A stretch of 64,000 bases of DNA from an uncultured Chloroflexia bacterium (lineage in GTDB: Bacteria > Chloroflexota > Anaerolineae > Anaerolineales > UBA4823): positions 292,392 to 356,391 of the forward strand of contig CAVPJC010000001.1 in the NCBI GenBank assembly GCA_963705155.1, written 5' to 3'. The notes under the pieces are model-generated. The model was not told where the DNA came from. It worked only from the letters and a program-made list of their open reading frames with translations, and ran no database searches. Made by a program: the position numbers and the translations under genes. This document shows, one piece after another, positions 25,392 through 36,200 of the stretch (positions are counted from its first letter, which is position 1; every line of letters starts with the position of its first letter).

Positions 25392-27815
25392 ATGGATGCC
25401 GCCCTGCAGAATGACACCCTTCGCCTGCTGGTTGACCCGCCCGCCGGCACCTGGAGTGTTTACAACTTGCAAGCCGGGGATCAGAGCGTCACTGGCGTAC
25501 ACACCTGGGCTGCCTGCCGCTCTCGTGGCGATCATCTGCGCTTGCCGGAAGTCGGCAGTCGACCTGTGGTTACGACGGGAGCTGCCTCGTCTCCACATGG
25601 GCTGCTTCACCTGCTAAACCTTGATTATCCGGCCCGCGAGCAGGGAATGAGGGTCGCATTGACCTTTGCCATACCCGAAAGCCACCCTCTGCTGTTGTGG
25701 AAACTGGAAATCGAAAACAGCTCCACCCGTTCCATCCAGCTGGAGCGAGTGGAAATGCTGTACGCCGTTCCACCCACAGGCGAGCTGCATCTGGGCCAGT
25801 CGGCCAGCCAGCCGGTGGGCCAGCCGGCCTTCTTCTCGAACGGGTGGCAATCCTGGTCTTATGCCGGGGTTTATGGAGCCGGCGATCGCTATCGGCGCAC
25901 CCGCCTGGGGCCTTTTCGGGAGCCCACCGACTTCAACGCCGGTACACCCCAGCCCTGGCGGCGAGATCATTTTGCCAGTGATATGTTTGGCGTGCTCGGC
26001 GACCGGCGCTCGCGGGCCGGCGTCCTGGCAGGCTTCCTCTCGCAGCGCCAGCAGTTTGGCTCGCTGGAAGCTCACCTCGCTCCGCTGCGGCTGCGCCTGT
26101 GGGCTAACGGCGATAGAGCCCGGCTCGATCCGGGAGCTGTCTGCACCACGGATTGGGCCTGCCTGAGTTTTTTGGATGTGGACGACCCCGACCCGCTCGG
26201 AGCCTACATCCAGGCTGTAGCCCGAGAGCATGATCTACACCAACTCCGCAGCACACCCATCCCCACCGGCTGGTGCTCCTGGTATCAATTTTCCACTAAA
26301 GACTATATCGGCGCCGTTTCCGCCCGGGATATCCAGGCCAACTTGCAGGCTTTGTCTGCCGCCCGGCCGGGCCTGCCGCTGCAGGTCTGCCAGATCGATG
26401 ATGGCTTTGAGCAGGTTCCCGGCGACTGGCAAACCTTCACCCCCGGTTTCCCCCTGGGCGTGGCTCCCCTGGCAGACGAAATTCACCGGGCAGGTTTTAC
26501 CCCGGGTATCTGGCTGGCTCCCTTCATTGTTGACCGCCGCTCAAACCTGGCAGCCGCCCACCCCGATTGGCTCCTGCGCGGCCCGACAAACCTGTACGCT
26601 AACGCCGGTTACCTGTGGAATGGTTTCGCCGCTGCCCTGGACCTGACAAACTCCGCTGCATTGGAATACGCTGCAGACACCGTCCACACCGCCGTGCACG
26701 CCTGGGGTTTTGACTACCTCAAGCTGGATTTTCTATACGCTGCCGCACTGCCAGGCCGCTACCGCGATGCCACCCGCACCCGGGCGCAGGTGCTGCATGC
26801 CGGTCTCACCGCCCTGCGCCGGGCTGCCGGTGAAAATGCCATCCTCCTGGGGTGCGCCTGCCCGCTGGGTTCCGCCATCGGATTGGTGGATGCGATGCGG
26901 ATTGGCGCCGATACCGGCTCGCGCTGGTCGCCTGCCTTCGCCGGCATTGAGAGCTCTTTCCGCCGCGAGCCAAACCTGCCCGCCGCTCGCAATGCCCTGC
27001 ACAACGCCATCAGTCGCGCCCCGCTGCACGGCCGCTGGTGGAACAATGACCCCGATTGTCTGCTCCTGCGCCCCACCACTCACCTGACACCCGACGAAGT
27101 CCTGACTGCCGCCAGCGTTATCGCCCTCACCGGCGGCTCCCTGCTGCTTTCCGACGATCTGACAGCCCTGCCGCCCGAAAGGCGCCGGATCGCCGAGGTG
27201 CTCCTGCCGCTCATCGGCAAAGCGCCCCGGGTGCTCGATTGGTTCGACGCCGCCCCATCTGCCCGCCTGCGTCTCGACCTGCAGGGCCCCGCCGGAAGCT
27301 GGAGCCTGCTTGCGCTGATCAACTGGGCCGACCATCCCGCCGACCTGTCCCTGCGTTTGGAAGACTTTCATTTTCACAGCGCTGACAGCCGCAGTGGAGA
27401 GTTTTACGCCCGCCGTTTCTGGCTCCCGCAGCACGCATTAACTGTCGAGCTCCTGCAGGCAAACACCCCCCTGATATTGAGGGACATTCCTGCGCATGGC
27501 GCAGTGGTCTTCGCTGTGCGCCCGGCGCTGCCAGGGGCGCCGCAATATCTGGGCAGCGACCTGCACATCTCGCAGGGATTGGAGGTTGCCAGTTGGAATG
27601 TAATTCAGAGTGGCAGCGACCCGGCCCAGTCACAGCTTCAGATCGAGCTTTCACGCCCCGGGCCTGCTCGTGGGCGCTTTTTCCTGGCGCTGCCGCGTCC
27701 ACCGCGGCAGGCCGCCCTGAACGGCAGCCCTCTGGCGTGGGAAACCTGCGGCCAGGACTGCTACGCTTTTCCGGTAGAATTCGAACAAACCGCCAGGATA
27801 CGCATCACGATTTGA
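25392..27815 (+). CDS. Glycoside hydrolase family 36-like (alpha-galactosidase family)
   Basis: 807 aa with GWCSWYQF, CQIDDGFE, FDYLKLDFLY and WNNDPD motifs, typical of the GH36/GH27 clan D catalytic core. Confidence 0.75.
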   Translation: MDAALQNDTLRLLVDPPAGTWSVYNLQAGDQSVTGVHTWAACRSRGDHLRLPEVGSRPVVTTGAASSPHGLLHLLNLDYPAREQGMRVALTFAIPESHPLLLWKLEIENSSTRSIQLERVEMLYAVPPTGELHLGQSASQPVGQPAFFSNGWQSWSYAGVYGAGDRYRRTRLGPFREPTDFNAGTPQPWRRDHFASDMFGVLGDRRSRAGVLAGFLSQRQQFGSLEAHLAPLRLRLWANGDRARLDPGAVCTTDWACLSFLDVDDPDPLGAYIQAVAREHDLHQLRSTPIPTGWCSWYQFSTKDYIGAVSARDIQANLQALSAARPGLPLQVCQIDDGFEQVPGDWQTFTPGFPLGVAPLADEIHRAGFTPGIWLAPFIVDRRSNLAAAHPDWLLRGPTNLYANAGYLWNGFAAALDLTNSAALEYAADTVHTAVHAWGFDYLKLDFLYAAALPGRYRDATRTRAQVLHAGLTALRRAAGENAILLGCACPLGSAIGLVDAMRIGADTGSRWSPAFAGIESSFRREPNLPAARNALHNAISRAPLHGRWWNNDPDCLLLRPTTHLTPDEVLTAASVIALTGGSLLLSDDLTALPPERRRIAEVLLPLIGKAPRVLDWFDAAPSARLRLDLQGPAGSWSLLALINWADHPADLSLRLEDFHFHSADSRSGEFYARRFWLPQHALTVELLQANTPLILRDIPAHGAVVFAVRPALPGAPQYLGSDLHISQGLEVASWNVIQSGSDPAQSQLQIELSRPGPARGRFFLALPRPPRQAALNGSPLAWETCGQDCYAFPVEFEQTARIRITI

Positions 27816-27877
27816 GGCATCTGCAGCCAGCACCTCGGCGTAGCCGCATCCAATTTTCGCAAGACAGCCAATCTACC

Positions 27878-29995
27878 ATGTCAACTTACCCAGCCTCCCT
27901 CACGCCCTTCTTTGCCCCCCGGGGGGTAGCCGTTATCGGCGCATCCTCCGATCCCGCCAAATTGGGTTACAGCCTGGCGCGCAACCTCGTCCAGAGCAGC
28001 TACCCGGGCGCGGTGTATCTGGTTAATCCCAGAGGCGGCAGCTTGCTCGGGCAGCCCACCTTCGCCTCGATCGCCGATGTGCCCGACCCGCTGGACCTGG
28101 CTGTCCTGCTCATCCCTGCCCCCGCCGCCCCTGCCATGCTGCGCCTCTGCGGCGAGCGCGGGCTGCGCGCTGTGATCCTCAGCTCCGGCGGTTTCCGTGA
28201 GACCGGACCTGAAGGCGCCGCACTGGAACAGGAATGCCTGGAGATCGCCGCCCGCTACAACATGCGCCTGCTGGGCCCCAACTGCATCGGTCTGCTGGAT
28301 ACCCACCTGCCGCTGGATACCACCTTCCTGCCGCCCCCCGGCCCGCTGCCCGGCGACGTGGCCTTCATCTCCCATTCCGGCGCCATCTGTGCCGCGGTGA
28401 CCGATTGGGCTCGCGGCCAGGGCTTCGGTTTTTCCCGTCTGGTCAGCCTGGGCAACCAGGCCGATGTGAGCGAGACCGATGTGCTCGCCCCGGTGGCCGA
28501 TGACCCGTTCACACGGGTGTTGACCCTCTACCTGGAAGGCGTCCGGGATGGACGCCGCTTTGTGGCGGAGGCCGGGCGCATCTCGCGCCAGAAACCCATC
28601 ATCGCCCTCAAGGTGGGGCGGTTTGCCAGCGGGCAGCGCGCCGTGGCTTCTCACACCGGCGCTTTGGCCGGGCAGGAGAACGCCTACGACGCAGCCTTTC
28701 GCCGCGCCGGCGTGATCCGGGCCAGCACCAGCCGAAGAGATGTTCGATTGGGCACGCGCCCTGGCCTGCTGCCCGCTGCCCGCCGGGCGCAGCATGGCCG
28801 TGCTGACCAACGCCGGCGGCCCGGGCGTCACAGCCGCTGATGCCCTGGAGGCCAACGGCCTGAAGCTGGCCGAGCTTGCCGCCGGCACCCGCCTCGCCCT
28901 GGGCGGCCTGCTGCCTCCCGCCGCCAGCCTGCACAACCCGGTGGATATGCTCGCCTCCGCCTCACCCGAACAGTACTCCGCCTGCCTGCGCCTGCTGCTG
29001 GAAGACCCGGCAGTGCACGGCGTCTCGTCATCCTGCCGCCGCCGCCCCTGTTTGCAGCCAGCGGCCATCGCCCAAGACCTCATTCCCGTCATTCAGGCTG
29101 CCGGCAAACCCGTCATCCTGGCCCTGATGGGCGACGGCCTGATCCTGGCAGCCGCCGATCTCTTCCGCGCTCGCCCGCATACCCGAGTACCGCTTTCCCG
29201 AGCGGGCGGCCTCTGCCCTGGCGGTGCTTGCCCGGCGCGCCGAATTCATCGCCCGCCCCCCGGCCCGCAATAGATCGCCTGCCAGTACCGGATGCCGGTC
29301 ACCTGCGAGACCTGCTGAAACCGCAGGCTTCTGAGACCCTGCCGCCTTCCGAAGTCTTTGCGCTGCTGCGCCTGTGCGGCATTGCCGCCCTGCCCGTCAG
29401 AGCTGGCGCGCTCTGCCAGAAGAAGCCGCCGGAATAGCCCGGGAATTGGGTTTCCCGGTGGCGCTCAAGGTGGCCTCGCCCGACATCTCCCACAAGTCCG
29501 ATGTGGGCGGCGTGCTGCTCAATCTGGAAGATACCCGTGCAGTTCTGCGAGGGTTTTCACACCGTTACCCAGAAAGCCAGCCTGGCCTGCCCGGCAGCCC
29601 GCATTGAAGGCGTGCACGTACAGCGCATGCTGACCGGCGGGCAGGAAGTGATCGTCGGCGCTGTGCAAGACCCGCAGTTTGGCCCGCTGGTGATGTTCGG
29701 CTCAGGCGGCATCGAGGTGGAGGGTTTGAACGATGTGGCCTTTGCCCTGGCGCCGCTCAGCCGTGAAGAAGCCGCCTGGATGCTGGATTCCACCTGGGCC
29801 GGGCGCAAACTGGACGGTTACCGCAACCTGCCGCCCGCCGACCGCGCCGCCGTGCTGCAAGCCATCCTGCGCCTGGGCCAGCTTGCCGCCGATTATCCCG
29901 ACCTGGCAGAGATCGAGATCAACCCGCTGCGAGTCTTGCCCGCAGGTCAGGGCGCTTTTGCCCTGGACGTGCGCGCCCGTGTGCGGGTCGTTTGA
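27878..29995 (+). pseudogene. ADP-forming acetyl/acyl-CoA synthetase (fused alpha+beta, CoA-binding + ATP-grasp), about 7 frame breaks as assembled
   Basis: The N-terminus is FFAPRGVAVIGASSDPAKLGY...LLGPNCIGL...SHSGA...ASHTGALAG. It continues in other frames as EEMFDWARALA...VLTNAGGPGV..., then GFPVALKVASPDISHKSDVGGVLLNL..., ending EIEINPLRV. The pieces are ORFs 27593.., 28740.., 29228.., 29374.. and 29501... Confidence 0.8.
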
Positions 29996-30091
29996 ACATA
30001 ATCGCCCGCAGGCTGGTAAATATGGATAGGTATCCTTCCGGGCGCCGGCAGGCAGGCAGATCCGATGAACGACAAAAAACTACCCTGACCC

Positions 30092-30880
30092 ATGAATAAC
30101 ACTTCCCGCCGCAGACTGGGCTTCTTACTGGGGGCCCTTGCAGGCCTGGCTTACAGCCTGGTCTCCTATTACGTCAACGTGCTCTACCTGCCCGGCCTGC
30201 CTTTGCAGGCTCCCTCCACCGGGCGCTTTATGGCGGTGATCCTCACCACGCTGGCGGCCGGCGGGTTGGGCTTGCTGGCCGCCTGGCCTGAAGACGCCCT
30301 GCCCGGCGTGCTTGCCAGTATCGTCCTGGGCACATTGGGTCTCTCACTCCTGACAGTGTGGAATGTGATCAGCAGCTCACAGAGCGCCTTTGGCACCCTG
30401 GTGATGCTCGTGATCACCTTCCTGCCGCGCACCTTTCTGCTTTTGCCCTTTGCCCTGCTGGTGCGCTGGTCGTTGAATTTATGGTCTGCTGAGCTGCAAA
30501 ATCCCAACTTTTCACCGGTCAAGCTGGGTTTGAACCTGCTGTTGATTGCCCTGCTGCTGGCCGCGCTGGGCTCCTTCTCACTGTACTCCACCTTCGGGCG
30601 CACCGCTCTCACCACCACCCACCTCCTGGTAGAACAGGGCATGCAGGCCGGCGCTCCAGAGGCGCTACCCTCCGAGTTAAAGCTGGTGGAGGGTTTTGTG
30701 CAGGGCGCCCGCGGCGCCTACACGCTCGAGCTCACCGATAACCCCGACGACCTGCCTATCCAGCGCGCCATGACAGGCTTCAACGAAGAAGTCTACGGTG
30801 TGTTTGTGCGCTTCGAAAATGGCTATCGGTTCGGCTGTGTCTTTACCCCCGGCGCTCGGGCCGAATGCAGGACCTATTAG
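30092..30880 (+). CDS. Hypothetical polytopic membrane protein
   Basis: 262 aa with 5-6 hydrophobic helices and a soluble C-terminal ~90 aa. I recognise no family. Confidence 0.5.
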   Translation: MNNTSRRRLGFLLGALAGLAYSLVSYYVNVLYLPGLPLQAPSTGRFMAVILTTLAAGGLGLLAAWPEDALPGVLASIVLGTLGLSLLTVWNVISSSQSAFGTLVMLVITFLPRTFLLLPFALLVRWSLNLWSAELQNPNFSPVKLGLNLLLIALLLAALGSFSLYSTFGRTALTTTHLLVEQGMQAGAPEALPSELKLVEGFVQGARGAYTLELTDNPDDLPIQRAMTGFNEEVYGVFVRFENGYRFGCVFTPGARAECRTY

Positions 30881-31989
30881 GCGTAAACCCCCTCCACCAA
30901 CCTCAACAGCGCAGCCAGCCCTTTCGCCAGCGGCGGGATCTGGACCGCCTCATTCAGCGTATGCGCGCCGCTGCCGGTGGTCAAACCCACGCACACCGCC
31001 GGCAGTCCCTGGCTGAGCGGCGCATTGGCATCGGTGGAGCCAATGTTTAATTTGGGCTGCACGCCGGCCAGTTCCAGGCTGTGGGCAGCCAGGCGCACCA
31101 GCGGATGATTGGCAGGGATCGCACCGGCGGGCCGCTGCCCAACCACCTCGATTGTCAGGCGCACCCCGGGGCGCTCGGCAGCCCGCGCCAATTTTTCAAC
31201 CTGCCCGCACAGCGCAGCCAGCGCCTGCGGATCTTCAGAACGCAGGTCCAGCAGCAGGCTGGCGCCTGCCGCAATCGTGTTCACCGAAGTTCCCCCGGAA
31301 ATGACGCCCACATTGAGCGTTGTGCGCGGTTTTTCGGGCAGCGGCAGCGCCGCCAACGCCGTCACCAGCGCCGCCAGCTCGTGGATCGCCGATGGGTTTC
31401 CATAATCCACCCACGAATGGCCCCCGCCGGTCTGCACGCCAATCTGGTAGCGGCGCACCCCCAGCCCGCGGTGGTACACCTGCCCCAGCGCCATCCCCTC
31501 CAGAATCACGTAGGCTTTTGCCTGTTTGCCAAAGCGCTCCACCACGGCCTGCATACCCCGCAGGTCGCCCAGGCCTTCCTCGCCCACGTTGGCGGCCAGC
31601 CAGATATCGCCCGGCAGTCGGGAAGGCTGCCCGGGCAGGTCGCGCAGCATCCAGAGCAGGCCAAACAACCCCGCCACACCCGTTGAGTTGTCGCCAATCC
31701 CCGGCCCGGCAATCTGATCGGCAGAGTACTGCAGGGTCAAATCCGTCTCCTGCGGAAACACCGTGTCCAGGTGGGCCGAGACGACCAGCGGCGGCGCCTC
31801 GCCGCTCCCGGGCAGGCGCCCGAAGGCATTGCCGGCGGCGTCCAGCGCCACATCGCACAACCCCTCGGCCCGGAACTGTTCCAAAACAAAAGCCGCCCGG
31901 GCTTGTTCGGCAAAGGTGGGTGCCGCCACCTGCTGGATGGCAGCCGCCATTTTGAGCACCCGCTGGATCAGATCCGGATCGATCCTCAT
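30877..31989 (-). CDS. M20-family metallopeptidase (ArgE/DapE/CPG2-like)
   Basis: MRIDPDLIQRVL...VVSAHLDTVFP...GIGDNSTG...EEGLGDLRG are the metal-ligand motifs of M20. ATG 31989 overlaps the upstream gene's stop (ATGA). Confidence 0.85.
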   Translation of the reverse strand: MRIDPDLIQRVLKMAAAIQQVAAPTFAEQARAAFVLEQFRAEGLCDVALDAAGNAFGRLPGSGEAPPLVVSAHLDTVFPQETDLTLQYSADQIAGPGIGDNSTGVAGLFGLLWMLRDLPGQPSRLPGDIWLAANVGEEGLGDLRGMQAVVERFGKQAKAYVILEGMALGQVYHRGLGVRRYQIGVQTGGGHSWVDYGNPSAIHELAALVTALAALPLPEKPRTTLNVGVISGGTSVNTIAAGASLLLDLRSEDPQALAALCGQVEKLARAAERPGVRLTIEVVGQRPAGAIPANHPLVRLAAHSLELAGVQPKLNIGSTDANAPLSQGLPAVCVGLTTGSGAHTLNEAVQIPPLAKGLAALLRLVEGVYA

Positions 31990-33005
31990 AGTTTCCTCAC
32001 CCCCTGGCGCAGCGCTTCCAACCGGGCTTCCGCCAGGCCCGGCAGCGCATCCAGTGCATAGAATGGTCCAACCCCCTCCACCACCAGCGAAGCCGAAATA
32101 TTGCCGAACAGCGCCGCCTGCAGAGCGTCGTAGGTGCGCCGGTAGCCTGCCAGGAAACCGCCGCAAAAGGCATCGCCGGCCCCGCTCGGGTCAACCAGCC
32201 GCGACGGGTAAGCCGGGATTTCCCAGCGGGTGCGCGCCGCCGCATCGTAGAGCAGCTGCCCGCCCTCGCCGCGCTTCATCACGATAATCTCGCAGCCATA
32301 AGCCGCCAGCGCCTCCGCCATCTCCCACAGGTCGCTGCTGCGCCCCTGGAACAGGGCGCAGATCTCCTCTTCAGAAGGCAAAAATGCCGTCAGCCCGGTC
32401 ACCAGGGCCGGCACCTGATCCCAGAAAGTGGGGTTCATATATCCCGGCGAGGGGTCCAGCGTGACCGTGGTGAACTGCGCCTGGCGCAGCACCGCCGGCA
32501 GCAGGCTGTGGGTTAGATAATCCACCGGGCACAGGTGCGCCGCGCTGGCGTCCAGAAAGTCGGGCGGGATATCCGCCTGGCGCAGCGAGATGGGCTGCAG
32601 GCGGGTTTTGCTGTCCGGGTTTCCCGCCGGGCTGCGGTAGCCCAGCAGCTCGCGTGGGAAAGGCAGCTCCAGGCGGGCAAAATGCGCCACGGGGTCATCC
32701 AGTAGGCGGTTGGTGCGGCTGGTGTATGCCGCAAAATAGCGCATGTCCACCGGCTGCGCCAGCATGCGGATGCCGCGCGTATCCAACCCCCTGCGGGCAA
32801 ATTCTTCCACCCAATCCGGTGGATAATCCTCGCCGGCGCGTGCCAGCACTGCCGGGGGCGGCTCCGGCTCCCACACCGCCAGCCCCACCGCCGCATACAA
32901 CACATTCCCCCCGGGGACATCCAGTAGCACCTGGTTGGAAGGCAGAATCAAGTATTCCCGCAGCAATTGCCCGGCAACCAGAAAACGCGGCGACTTGGGA
33001 TCCAT
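31986..33005 (-). CDS. PfkB-family carbohydrate kinase
   Basis: VDPSGAGDAFCGGFLAG is the PfkB signature 2, with an N-terminal GGNVLYAAVGL. I prefer the start at ATG 33005 (MDPKSPRF...). Confidence 0.8.
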   Translation of the reverse strand: MDPKSPRFLVAGQLLREYLILPSNQVLLDVPGGNVLYAAVGLAVWEPEPPPAVLARAGEDYPPDWVEEFARRGLDTRGIRMLAQPVDMRYFAAYTSRTNRLLDDPVAHFARLELPFPRELLGYRSPAGNPDSKTRLQPISLRQADIPPDFLDASAAHLCPVDYLTHSLLPAVLRQAQFTTVTLDPSPGYMNPTFWDQVPALVTGLTAFLPSEEEICALFQGRSSDLWEMAEALAAYGCEIIVMKRGEGGQLLYDAAARTRWEIPAYPSRLVDPSGAGDAFCGGFLAGYRRTYDALQAALFGNISASLVVEGVGPFYALDALPGLAEARLEALRQGVRKL

Positions 33006-33148
33006 ATTGAAATTATACGTTAAGTGCAGAGGAATGGGGATATTACCTTTTTCCAGGGGTGGCTGAACTCTCGGGCTAATAAATCTCATCGCAGGGGCAA
33101 CAGAGGGCTTATAGAGCTGGCGGCCGTAAAAAGCATTTGCTCGAATTC

Positions 33149-33162
33149 GTGACAAATGTCAC
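33149..33162. promoter_or_regulatory. Inverted repeat GTGACA-AA-TGTCAC followed by an A10 run, upstream of the Rhs gene
   Basis: Seen directly in the sequence. It lies about 110 nt upstream of ATG 33270 in the divergent 265-bp intergenic region. Confidence 0.3.
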
Positions 33163-33269
33163 AAAAAAAAAACATGACGAAGGGCACTATTTTCATGTCA
33201 GGAAAACCTCTATGCTGATCTTGTCAAGGTCGTCCTCGCTCATTGCGCTGCATGCTGGAGGGAAAACTC

Positions 33270-36200
33270 ATGCATCACACGCCCGCCCGCCGCCTGACCC
33301 ACCTGATCCTGATCCTCTCGATGCTCCTGCCCGGACTGGCGCCCACGCCCACCCGGGCAGCTTCTTTGTACCAGGCCGGCGACGGCACGCCCACGCCCAG
33401 CGCCACACCGGAGGCGACTGAAACGCCCATCCCTTCCGAGACGCCAATTCCGGAAGTTACAGCGGAAGTCATCTCATCTACTCTGGAGATTCCATCACCG
33501 ACTGCCACACTGACGCCGACGTTGGATGTGACACCCACTCCCACGGCGACCGTGACACCTACGTTGCCCGCGCCAACCCCTATCATAACGACTACGAGCG
33601 TCCCAACTCCTGTGGAGACTGCGCCCGGTGGAGAAATCCTCGTCGCCGATCCTATGAGCCTGACCCTTAGTGCGGATGCTTCCCGTATCACTCCGGGCGG
33701 GGTGCTCAATCTATCCTGGCAGATCGACGGTTGGGCAGACAGTTATAAAGATGTATCTCTGGTCATCCAACCCCCTGCCGGTTTCAGCACTCTGGATGGC
33801 ACGCAGGGTGTTCTCGATGGACAGATCGGTCCCATTAGCCTTGCAGTGCTCTCTGCCGCTGATACGCTTCACTGGCAGATCCCGGCTGACCTGCCTGGTC
33901 CTTACACCCTGACCGCCATACTGAGCCAGGGCGGGAAAGCCATCACGACGCGCACAATTACCCTGCAGGAGACCGGCCTGACCCGCCTGCCTGTCGAAGG
34001 CGGAGTAGCCTCAGGATTAGGTGACCGAGTACGCGTCATTTTTCCCGCCCAGGTGGATGTCCAGATGCTGGATGTTCGCATCCGCCGACCGGTAGCTGCC
34101 TCCATGCCGCCCTACTCTCCCACCGGCGACCCTTTTGAGATCATCGCGCAGGCCAACGGCGAAGCCGTAGAAGCTTTTGACCCACCTCTCACCATCGAAG
34201 CGGCATACACCGGCTTGCGTCCCGCCCAGATCGCCTATTACGACCCTCTCCGGCAAGCCTGGCTGCCTCTCGAAACCGAATGGGATCAGGATGCCGGGGT
34301 GCTGCGCGCCCGGAGCAGCCACCTGACCGTCTTCGACACACCGGTCGTAGACTGGGAGACGGCCCGCACCCCCTCGGTGAAAGACTTCCAGGTCTCCCAG
34401 CAAACCGGGGCAGCCACGTACTCCTTCCCCATCTGGACCCCACCCGGCCTGGCCGGTTTGCAGCCAACATTGGCCCTGTCATACAACAGCCAGACCGCCG
34501 ACAGCGCCACCGCCCCCTACACTCAGGCTTCCTGGGTGGGCATGGGCTGGTCGCTGGATACCGGCTACATCCAGCGCAGCCAACACGCACCCGATCATGA
34601 TACCTACTCGCTGCTGGCGGGTGGGGTCAGCTCGAGCCTGCTGAAGGATAATACCGGCAAATACCACCTGGCCGACGAGAACTACTGGAAAGTGGAGTAC
34701 GATGCGACCAACGACAAATGGACGGCCTGGGATAAAAACGGAACGATCTACCGTTTCGGCAAGAACGCCAACAACACCTACGACGCCCGCGCCCGTTTCC
34801 CGATCTGCAACTCCAACGGAACCATTTCCATGCGAACCTGGAACTGGCCGCTGGTGGAAGTGGAGAACATCTTCAGCCAGAAACTGAGCTACACCTACGA
34901 TTTGACCGACACCAAACGCACCGATTTGTGTGACGATACTCGCACCACGCATCTGGCCGTCTACCCGGAGTATATCACCTACCCCAACGGCAAGTACCGG
35001 GTCAAATTCAATCTGGAAGAGCGCTACGACCACCGCCTGGAGTGGGAAGACAATAACGCTCAGACCTACTTCATGCACAAGCGCCTGAACACGATCGAGA
35101 TCCAACACAATGCGAGCGGAACCTGGCAGAGCGTACGCAGCTATGACCTGACTTACAACGCCGTCATCTTCCCCGGCTGGACATGGGATTACACCTACAA
35201 CGCCCGCACGTTCTCCCTGTCTGGCATCCAGGAAACCGGTCTGAACTCCGCCGCGCTGCCTGCCACCACCTTCAGCTATGCAGACGATCTGCACCTGACC
35301 CTGGCGGGCAATGGCTACGGCGGGAGCGTGGACTTCAGCTATGATCCCGTTTCGTGGTACGATCTCAGCAATGCTGAAGACCACATCCGCAAATATCATT
35401 TCGATCCAGGATCGGATGACTGCGATTCTTGGGACGGCGCCCAGTCTTCGTGTGACGCCCAGGAAGTCCTGCACATCGATGGCGAGGCGGTCCACCTTTT
35501 GCAGCCATCCGCGTTTGGGCCGGGCACAGCCTACAAGGTATCCGCCCGCATCTACAACGAGATCCAGACGGCGCAGAACGCCTCCATCGGTTTGCGCCAT
35601 GCCGCCAGCAGCAACAGCTACATCAGCGCATTGATCCCGGCTTACACATGGAAGGAATTCGAGGGGGTGGTGATCCTGCCTGCCGCTACGCAGTATGGCC
35701 GTGATTGGGAGTTTCGCCCGTTGATGGTGATGGCCTGCCCCAACTGCAAGGTGGAAGACTTCGAGATCACCTGGCTGCCCAGCCGCTACCGGGTAACGGC
35801 GCGCACCACCCACGACAGCGTCACCGGCGCCAGCCAGGTCTACCGCTACGAATACGACGACCCCGCCACCAACGACGCCGAGCACTCGGCCGCCGTGGCG
35901 GGCGAAGACCCGGAGGATGACGACGACCTGTATGATGATCCATATACGCAATACCGCGGCAATGCCATGAGCCGCGAGATTGGCCCGCTGGGAACGGACG
36001 GCACGCAGCGTGTGACCACCACCTGGTATGCCCAGGACGACGCCCGCAAGGGCCAGGCGCTGGGCACGCTGGTGGGCACGCAGTCCTACACCCAGACCTT
36101 CGAAGCCGACCAGTGGAGCGCCTACGCCAGTGACTGGAGCTACTGGAGCTCGAGGCAGATCGCACCGGCCTTCGAGCGCAAGAGCGGGGATGGCGCCCTT

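Noticed and set aside
30020-30034. A 15-nt exact repeat, ATATGGATAGGTATC, at 30020-30034 and 45050-45064.
   Set aside because: The expected number of chance 15-mer matches, both orientations, in 64 kb is a few. One copy is intergenic and the other is inside a signal-peptide coding region. There is no extended similarity on either side.
33330-33620. Repetitive-looking DNA at the 5' end of the Rhs gene that might be mistaken for a tandem repeat or a CRISPR-like array.
   Set aside because: The periodicity is irregular. It encodes a Thr/Pro/Ala/Glu-rich linker (TPTPSATPEATETPIPSETPIPE...), with no conserved repeat/spacer structure. No CRISPR array is present anywhere in the window.
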